Notes under the pieces: model-generated
What the model was told of the DNA's origin: nothing
Seen by the model: the letters and a program-made list of their open reading frames with translations, nothing else
Database searches by the model: none
Shown here: positions 17,433 through 24,143 of the stretch, piece after piece
Position numbering within the stretch: position 1 is the stretch's first letter
Layout of the letters: each line of letters begins with the position of its first letter
Made by a program: the position numbers and the translations under genes
Assembly: GCA_037445995.1 (NCBI GenBank)
Contig: JBBIJK010000006.1
Span: forward strand, 3,629 to 67,628
DNA: 64,000 nt
Direction of reading: 5' to 3'
Origin: Actinomycetota bacterium
GTDB lineage: Bacteria; Actinomycetota; Coriobacteriia; Anaerosomatales; D1FN1-002

Positions 17433-18763
17433 CAGGCGTGCTCCTGGTCGGCCTGGTCGCCCCCGGTCTGTTCCGCGTGGCGGCTCACGAGCACGCGGGC
17501 GATGCGCCTTCGGCGCACGGCCTGCACCCGGAACTCGAAGCCTCCGTCAACGACCGTCTCGCCCGGTGCGGGGATATGTCCCAGCTTGGCCAGAAGCCAG
17601 CCGGCTAGGGTCTCGTACTCGTCAGATTCCTCTACTCCGATGCCCAGCGTGCGGTTCGCGTCCTCGACGGGGATCCTGGCGTCGACCACCCATCCGGCGT
17701 CGGTTTGGACGACGTTCCGATTGTCCGGATCGAACTCGTCGGCGATCTCGCCGACCACCTCTTCGACGATGTCCTCCATCGTGATGACCCCCGCGGTGCC
17801 ACCGTACTCGTCAACCACGACCACAAGGTGGACCCTGCTGGATTGCATCTCGGCGAGCAGTTCGTGGATGCGCTTTGTCTCCGGGACGAAGATCGGGGGC
17901 CGCATCGCCGAGGTCACGGGCCGTCCGGCGAGGCGCCCGGCGGCCGCGTCCCCGACTATGTCCTTGAGGAGGAGCACCCCCGAGACCTTGTCCGGGTCGT
18001 CGTGGAATACCGGCAGGCGAGAGAACCCCGAGGAGTCAAAGACGCGCAGAGCCTCGTCGAGCATGGCCGTGTCCTCGATCATGACCACGTCGACGCGGGG
18101 GACCATGATCTCCCTGGCGACGGTGCTTCCAAGCTCGAAGACCTCGTGGATCATTCGCTTCTCTTCTTCGAGGAGCGTCCCTTGCTCTGTCACTAGCAGC
18201 TTGATCTCCTCCTCGGTGACCCCCGGGCGGCCCACCCCCGGCTTGATCCCGAACGCAAGCCCGAGGATGTCCGTCGACCTCACCAGCAGCCAGGTGACAG
18301 GGGCGGCGACGGCGGCCAGGAGGGTCACCGGTCCGGCCGTGGCCTTCGCGACCGACTCGGCTCGCAAGAGCCCGATGCGCTTGGGCACCAGCTCCCCCAC
18401 GACGATGTTGAGGTACGCGACTGCGACAGTGACAAGCCCGATCGCAACGGCACGCGAGCCGTCGCCTGGCCAGCGGGACCCCAGTCCTTCGAGCCAGGTC
18501 GCGACGGGTTCGGCGAGCGAAACGGCTCCGACCGCGGACGCGGTGAACCCGATGAGCGTGATGCCGACCTGCACGGCGGAGAGGAGCCGCGACGGCTCCT
18601 CCAGCAGCCGCAGCGCAGCGCGAGCTCCCCGCGAGCCCCTGTCCGCGTCCGCCTTGAGCGAGGCGCGTCTGGCGCTGATCAGGGCGATCTCGGCCGCGGC
18701 GAAGCAACCGTTGAGCACGGTAAGGCCGACGATGAGTAGCGCCGCTCCCGTGTATCCTCCCAT
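17432..18763 (-). CDS. CNNM/CorC/TlyC-family transporter (DUF21 + CBS pair + CorC_HlyC)
   Basis: 443 aa from MGGYTGAALL. The DUF21 TM region includes AEIALIS...GELVPKRI. It has a CBS pair and the C-terminal transporter-associated domain. The 883-aa ORF-track version is an artefactual upstream extension. Confidence 0.9.
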   Translation of the reverse strand: MGGYTGAALLIVGLTVLNGCFAAAEIALISARRASLKADADRGSRGARAALRLLEEPSRLLSAVQVGITLIGFTASAVGAVSLAEPVATWLEGLGSRWPGDGSRAVAIGLVTVAVAYLNIVVGELVPKRIGLLRAESVAKATAGPVTLLAAVAAPVTWLLVRSTDILGLAFGIKPGVGRPGVTEEEIKLLVTEQGTLLEEEKRMIHEVFELGSTVAREIMVPRVDVVMIEDTAMLDEALRVFDSSGFSRLPVFHDDPDKVSGVLLLKDIVGDAAAGRLAGRPVTSAMRPPIFVPETKRIHELLAEMQSSRVHLVVVVDEYGGTAGVITMEDIVEEVVGEIADEFDPDNRNVVQTDAGWVVDARIPVEDANRTLGIGVEESDEYETLAGWLLAKLGHIPAPGETVVDGGFEFRVQAVRRRRIARVLVSRHAEQTGGDQADQEHA

Positions 18764-18871
18764 GTGACCTAGATTACCAGTACGTGCCCTGTCGTACCCC
18801 GGCGGTCGTGCCTCGCCCCCGGGTATCCGATACCCTTGTCGGAGTTGCGGTCGATGCGAGGGAGGATCGGC

Positions 18872-20845
18872 ATGGCCAGCGAGGAGGCCCGTCGCGAGCT
18901 TGACGGTGTCGTCCGGGGATTGGCGTCCGCCTCCAAGGCGCTGCGCCTCTATCCCCCGACCAGTCCCATCCCTCGCGAGGCCGTCGATGCCGCCGTGTCG
19001 TCCCTGAACTCCTACCTGGCCGTCGAGCCGGTGCTCGCCCTGTCGGTGGGCCGCGACGGGCTCACCTTCCGAGGGGAGGCCTTGGCGCCAGGCAGCCCGG
19101 GCGTCGCCGACATGGCGGAGGACCTTCGCGGGCACGGCGTGGCGGAGGTGGCGCTCACCCCGGGTTGCACCGCCGACGACCTTATTGGCTTCCTCTCGAT
19201 CGTCATGCGGGACCCTGACCAGACCCAGGCGGCCGGGGGCGTCGGCGCGATGCTGGCCGACGCGGGGATCGAGGCCGTCCGGGCCATGGACGTCGAGCTG
19301 ACCGTCCTGTCCGAGCAGGAGATTCCGGAGGCCGGGGACATCGACGAGTTCTTCCGGGATCTGGCCGCGGACAGGGACAAGCTGGCCGCCTGGCTCGCGG
19401 CTGTCGCGCAACGTGATCCTTCGGCGTTGGCCGATGGGCTTGCGGAGCTGGTGGCAGCGGTAGGTGATGGCGGGGCCGACGAGCTGGCTGCGACCCTGGC
19501 CGCGGCGTTCGAAGCCCAGGATGCGCTTGGCAAGGACGCGCTGTTCGGCGCCGCGATGGGCACCGGCGCCCCGCGAGACATCTCGGGTCGGGCGTTCGAG
19601 GTGCTCGCAGCGGGAGACCTCGCGTGCGCCCTGACCGGCGGGCTGTACGGCCGCAACATGCTGTCGCTGTCCAACGCGATGACCGAGCTGCCCTTCGGCG
19701 AGCGCCTCGCCTCGATAATGGAGGAGGTCCGGCGCGCGCTCCCCGAGGCCGGACGCACGGTCAGGGAGGCCGACTTCCTCGCGCACATGATGGAGGTGCG
19801 CGGCCGGGTCGAGCCCGAGCCCGCGCTGGTCGAGGCGGACCAGACGTACAGCACCGTCGCTCGGCTCGCCGAGGTGTCCGAGGACGAGATGGAGCGCGCC
19901 AGGGGCGAGATGAACTCGGCTCGAGCCTCCTCCCGGGCGGTCGGCACCATGCTCGCCCTGCTCGACGAGGAGAAGGACCACGACCTCTTCGAGCGAACGG
20001 TCCAGAGCCTGGCGGCCATGGTCCCGGTCATCGTCGAGGAGGGGGATCTGGCGCTGGCGGCCAAGGTGCTGGCGGAACTGCACGCACGCGATGCCCGATC
20101 CGAGCGCCCGTGGCCCGACCTGGACGACATGGTCAGGGCGGCTCTCGCGAGGGCGACGGGACGGAGGACGATGTCCGCGCTGCTCAAGGCGGTCACGGAA
20201 GACGAGAGCTTGGCGGCGTATGCGCGCGAGATCGCAAGGATGGGCGGGGAGGGCTCCGACGCTGCGCTGGCCGAGGAGGCCATAGCCGGCAAGGAGGAGG
20301 GGATCGCGGCTGCCGAGAGGCTGGTCGGCCGGCGTGTCGTGGACCTGCTTTCGGCCGCCGTGGCCGGAGCGCAGTGGTTCCAGCTGGCCCCGGTGGTGGC
20401 CCGGCTCGCGCGGGAGACCGACCCTAGGGCGGTCGAGGCCGTGAGGCAGCTCTCCGCGCGCTCTGACGAGCAGTCAAGACGGGAGGTCGCGCAGGGCCTC
20501 GCGGCCGCGGGTACGCCTGATGCCGTCCCCGGGTTAGTCCGGCTCGCCAAGGACCTGAGCGCCGAGGTGGCGACCGTGGCGGTGCGCGCGCTGGCCAAGG
20601 CCCGCGGGGCCGGGGCGGCCGCGCTTGGCGGGTTGCTGGCCGAGATGGACATCGACGGCCGGGACTTCGCGATCGGCAGGGAGGTCATCGGGGCATTGGC
20701 GCGCGTCGACGACGCGAGCGCCGAGGCCGCGCTTCGCGAGCTGGCCTCTCGCAGGGCGCTCATCAAGCGTGGGCACTTCGCAGAGGTGCAGGAGCTGGCC
20801 CGCCAGGCGCTCGACTACCGGGCGAAGCGGGGTGAGGACCGATGA
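18872..20845 (+). CDS. HEAT-repeat protein sharing an N-terminal domain with the adjacent HD-GYP protein
   Basis: ATG start 6 nt after GGGAGGA. The N-terminus ...ASKALRLYPPTSPIPREAVDA... is paralogous to the N-terminus of the next gene. C-terminal HEAT-like repeats are present (AVPGLVRLAKDLSAEVATVAVRALAK). Confidence 0.65.
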   Translation: MASEEARRELDGVVRGLASASKALRLYPPTSPIPREAVDAAVSSLNSYLAVEPVLALSVGRDGLTFRGEALAPGSPGVADMAEDLRGHGVAEVALTPGCTADDLIGFLSIVMRDPDQTQAAGGVGAMLADAGIEAVRAMDVELTVLSEQEIPEAGDIDEFFRDLAADRDKLAAWLAAVAQRDPSALADGLAELVAAVGDGGADELAATLAAAFEAQDALGKDALFGAAMGTGAPRDISGRAFEVLAAGDLACALTGGLYGRNMLSLSNAMTELPFGERLASIMEEVRRALPEAGRTVREADFLAHMMEVRGRVEPEPALVEADQTYSTVARLAEVSEDEMERARGEMNSARASSRAVGTMLALLDEEKDHDLFERTVQSLAAMVPVIVEEGDLALAAKVLAELHARDARSERPWPDLDDMVRAALARATGRRTMSALLKAVTEDESLAAYAREIARMGGEGSDAALAEEAIAGKEEGIAAAERLVGRRVVDLLSAAVAGAQWFQLAPVVARLARETDPRAVEAVRQLSARSDEQSRREVAQGLAAAGTPDAVPGLVRLAKDLSAEVATVAVRALAKARGAGAAALGGLLAEMDIDGRDFAIGREVIGALARVDDASAEAALRELASRRALIKRGHFAEVQELARQALDYRAKRGEDR

Positions 20846-22161
20846 TCGCGGCGGGCGCACGGATCGTCTCGGCGATGGCGCAGGCCCGCAAGGCGACACA
20901 GCTCTACCCCCCGAGCCATCCGAGCTTCGGAGAGGCGATAGACGCGCTGGTCTCCACCGTCCACGACGCGACCGCCTCCGGTCCGTTCACCCTCAACCTG
21001 CATCAGGGGCACCTCTACCATGACAGCGTTGTGCTCTCCGACGACACCCCTGGCGTGTCCGCCATGGCCGAAGTGTTCGAGGCGCGCCGGATCGAGAGCA
21101 TGTCGCTGCACCCTGGCTTTGGCGATACCGACGCGCTGGGATTGACGGAGACGCTCGGCCTCAAGCCCGGTCTCGCGCTGGACGTCGAGAAGGAGCTCGC
21201 CGCCCGAGGCGTCTCGAACGTGTCTCTGGCGTTCCTGGCTGACGAGGACGAGGAGGACCGCGAGGAGCGGGATCGTCGCCGCCAGCAGGACAGAGCGATG
21301 TACAACCAGCTTATCGGCGCGCTCAGGACCGTCCAGCAGCGGATGTCGGCCGGGGGAGCGTTGGACGTCGGTGCCGCCGGGAGTGTCGTGTCGGGCATCG
21401 CCGGGAGGCTTGGCGAGGACCAGTCGGCCATCCTCGCGCTCGCGGCGATGCGTTCGACCACTGAGGCCGACCTCTTCCACGCCAGCAACGTCATGATCTA
21501 CGCGCTGACGCTCGGGGCTTCCCTTGGGTTGCCCGAGGAGGGTCTGACGTCCTTAGGGATATCCGCGATCCTCCACGACATCGGCAAGGCCGCCTTTGAC
21601 GCCGCCGACGCGTCTCAGGCCCAGGCGATGAAGCTGCTGCACCCGTCTGTGGGAGCGCAGGTCCTGGGGCGGTTGCCCGACGAGGACAAGGCGCCGATGC
21701 TCGTCGCGTACGAGCACCACATGGGCATGGACGGCTCCGGGTTCCCGGAGCGCCCGGCTGACTACGTGCCGCATCCCTACAGCCGCATGGTCGCCATCGC
21801 GGACAGGTTCGAGAACCTCACCAAGCCGGATGCCTACGGGATGGCCCTCACTCCCGACCGGGCCGTCGCCCAGGTGTTGCGCGAATCCCGCGGGTCGCTC
21901 GATCCGCTGTTCGCGAGGTTGTTCGCCAAGGCGATGGGCGTGTTCCCCGTCGGCTGCCTCGTCCGGCTGTCGGACATGCGCGTCGGCGTGGTCTGCGGGG
22001 CCGGGAGCGACGCGCTCTCGCCGCGGGTACGCGTCCTGTTCGAGGCGGACGGTATCGAGATCGAGGAGCCCCCGGAGCTGAGACTGGATGAGGCCGGGGT
22101 CACGATCGTGGAAGTGATCGAGCCTGACTCCTTGGCCGTCGAGGTCGCCGAGCGCCTGTGA
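20842..22161 (+). CDS. HD-GYP family phosphohydrolase (variant motif HHMGMDGSGFP)
   Basis: The HD motif is ILHDIGK. HHMGMDGSGFP sits at the HHExxDGxGYP position, and IADRFENLT follows. The start overlaps the upstream stop (ATGA). Confidence 0.8.
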   Translation: MIAAGARIVSAMAQARKATQLYPPSHPSFGEAIDALVSTVHDATASGPFTLNLHQGHLYHDSVVLSDDTPGVSAMAEVFEARRIESMSLHPGFGDTDALGLTETLGLKPGLALDVEKELAARGVSNVSLAFLADEDEEDREERDRRRQQDRAMYNQLIGALRTVQQRMSAGGALDVGAAGSVVSGIAGRLGEDQSAILALAAMRSTTEADLFHASNVMIYALTLGASLGLPEEGLTSLGISAILHDIGKAAFDAADASQAQAMKLLHPSVGAQVLGRLPDEDKAPMLVAYEHHMGMDGSGFPERPADYVPHPYSRMVAIADRFENLTKPDAYGMALTPDRAVAQVLRESRGSLDPLFARLFAKAMGVFPVGCLVRLSDMRVGVVCGAGSDALSPRVRVLFEADGIEIEEPPELRLDEAGVTIVEVIEPDSLAVEVAERL

Positions 22162-22174
22162 TCGGGGTCGGGTC

Positions 22175-22504
22175 CTAGCGGCCGTTGGCGGCGGGGTGCG
22201 GGTTGACCTTCTGCAGCACGAGCGCGATGAGCGCCAGCCGCCTGCCGCGCTCCTGGCAGGCGTCGCAGAAGCGGCCGATGGATTCGCGGGTGGCCGCGTC
22301 GGGCTTGTATCGCACGAGCCCCCCCGCGTACTGGAGGATGTGCCCGTCGGTCAAGGCCTCCACCTCCACGCGCAACTCGTCGGGCTTCCTGCCAAGGCGC
22401 GTGGCAAGACCCTCGAGGTCTAGGACGGCCTCGGGGTTGCGGTGGAAGAACACGAGCAAATCCCACGTCAGCAGGGAGTTGACGTGTTCGTCCACGAATC
22501 GCAT
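22175..22504 (-). CDS. small hypothetical protein, possibly winged-helix
   Basis: Good third-position GC from about MRFVDEHVN onward. The 5' part of the 191-aa ORF has poor codon bias, so the start is uncertain and may lie up to about 22545. Confidence 0.4.
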   Translation of the reverse strand: MRFVDEHVNSLLTWDLLVFFHRNPEAVLDLEGLATRLGRKPDELRVEVEALTDGHILQYAGGLVRYKPDAATRESIGRFCDACQERGRRLALIALVLQKVNPHPAANGR

Positions 22505-22913
22505 CACCGGGGGACCGAGAACCCCCTCAAGGTCGTACACGGCGAGGCCACACTGCCTTCCATCTTGGTCACCGGCGAGGGAACAAACCAGTTTCTCCCG
22601 TAAGAGGAGTATCGGCGCTGTCAGCACAAAGAGTTTAGCCCTCGGGCCGCAAAGGGCGTCTACGCAGCTCCAGGCGGGCGCAGGGGGCACCGAGCGGCAA
22701 AATGCCGGGATGAACGGTAGTAGTGGACGGTTCTGTGTGATCACGGTCACATTCAGATCGGCGCATCAGTCCCCTCGCATCGCCGGATCACGCGCTCTCC
22801 TCGCAAGGCTGTGTTGCGCCGAAGGCCGGGGAGTAGACATACTCTGAGAGGTTTGCTGCCGAGGGAGACTGAAGCGGATCCGGCGCGTCGAGTCTCTCGA
22901 GCTGACCGCGACC

Positions 22914-23846
22914 ATGGGCAGCGGGGGTAAGGGAAGGACAGTGCATGCTCGGAATCCGGCGTCCGCGACAAGCCGTCCCGCGATGAGCGACGCAGAGGCC
23001 CCGCTGTTCCGTGTCGCCGCGGTCTGCGCCGACCTCGAGGAACCCGTCGACCGGGTGGTCTCGTTGGGGCGCGACGTCTATGAGCTCGGTGTGCGCGAGG
23101 TGGTCCTCGTGCACGTGGTGGACGCGTTCGGCGATCGGTCGCGCATCGGGCCTCCGGGCCCGGAGGCGGATCGGGCCTTCTCGGACCAGATCGCCGCTCT
23201 GGAATCGCTTGGCTTGAAGGTCCGGGTCGACGTCCCGGTCGGTCACGTTTCCTACTCCCTCGAGGATGTCTCCGATCGATTCGGGGCGGATTTGGTGGCC
23301 GTCAGCGGCCGGGGGCTGGACGCACTCGGGTCGGCTTCGGATCGTGCCGTCTCCTCGGACATCGCCCGGGTGAGCACCAGGCCGGTTCTCGCGAGCGTGG
23401 GGCGACGGCGGGAGGGCTCCATCCTGGACAGGGTGCTCTTCCCGACAGACTTCTCGGAGGCCGCGACCACCGCTCGCGGCTGTCTGGAGCAGTCGATGCG
23501 ATGGGGCTCTCGGAGCGTGCACCTTCTGCACGTCCAGGACATCGCGAGGCTCGGTACGGCTCCGGGGATCCTTCGCGAGTACGACACCACCGACACGCTT
23601 CGCCTCGAAAAGCGAAGGCAGCGCCTTCTCGACCTCGGCGCGCGGGAGGTCACGACGTCGATAGTCCACGGAGACCCTGCCGCCGAGGTCGCCATGGCGG
23701 CGGCCTCAGGGGGCTACTCGCTCGTCATGATGGGAAGCCGCGGGCGTTCGCAGACCACCGACAGGTTCCTCGGCGCTGTGAGCGCCGGGGTAGTGGCGAG
23801 GGCCGCGTGCCCGGTCCTCTTGGCGTCGCCGCGGTCCGAAGGCTGA
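22914..23846 (+). CDS. tandem universal stress protein (UspA family)
   Basis: Two USP-like halves are present. The C-terminal signature is LVMMGSRGRSQTTDRFLGAVSAGVVARAACPVLL. The start is uncertain (22914, 22941 GTG or 22983). Confidence 0.8.
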   Translation: MGSGGKGRTVHARNPASATSRPAMSDAEAPLFRVAAVCADLEEPVDRVVSLGRDVYELGVREVVLVHVVDAFGDRSRIGPPGPEADRAFSDQIAALESLGLKVRVDVPVGHVSYSLEDVSDRFGADLVAVSGRGLDALGSASDRAVSSDIARVSTRPVLASVGRRREGSILDRVLFPTDFSEAATTARGCLEQSMRWGSRSVHLLHVQDIARLGTAPGILREYDTTDTLRLEKRRQRLLDLGAREVTTSIVHGDPAAEVAMAAASGGYSLVMMGSRGRSQTTDRFLGAVSAGVVARAACPVLLASPRSEG

Positions 23847-23880
23847 GCCCGGCTACGTCCTCAGTGGTTCGCGAGGATGG

Positions 23881-24060
23881 TCAGTCCTCGACAAGTTCGG
23901 CGGCTGGGGTCACCAGATGGCACAGCCAGCACGGGCCGGGCGGGTGCCGCTCCGGGACCGGCTGTTCGGGATGCACGGGGCGCACGATCACGTGCGCCAC
24001 CGCGAGTATCACCGCCGCGAACAGTGCGATCGACGCCGCTGCTTTCAGGACCTGCCTCAT
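23881..24060 (-). CDS. 59-aa putative single-pass membrane peptide (below ORF-track cutoff)
   Basis: An ATG...TGA ORF encoding MRQVLKAAASIALFAAVILAVAHVIVRPVHPEQPVPERHPPGPCWLCHLVTPAAELVED. It has one hydrophobic helix and lies in the gap between the usp gene and the metalloprotease gene. Confidence 0.25.
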   Translation of the reverse strand: MRQVLKAAASIALFAAVILAVAHVIVRPVHPEQPVPERHPPGPCWLCHLVTPAAELVED

Positions 24061-24143
24061 CGCCCGCGCCTTTCTCGCGGCGGCACGCGTTTCGCTGGCC
24101 GCTCGATGGTGTGCTCAGACGCCCGCGTGCCGATAATACAGGG

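Noticed and set aside
18764-20083. N-terminal 440 codons of the 883-aa ORF 17432-20083
   Set aside because: The recognisable CorC/CNNM protein starts at MGGYTG (18763). The extension is antisense to the HEAT-repeat gene and compositionally aberrant.
19012-20766. 584-aa minus-strand ORF
   Set aside because: A Ser/Ala/Arg-rich frame antisense to the HEAT-repeat CDS. It has no RBS and no motifs.
23877-24143. First 89 codons of the 1013-aa protease ORF
   Set aside because: An Arg/Pro-rich stretch precedes an obvious signal peptide that begins at an in-frame GTG (24144). The region also overlaps a better small ORF on the other strand.
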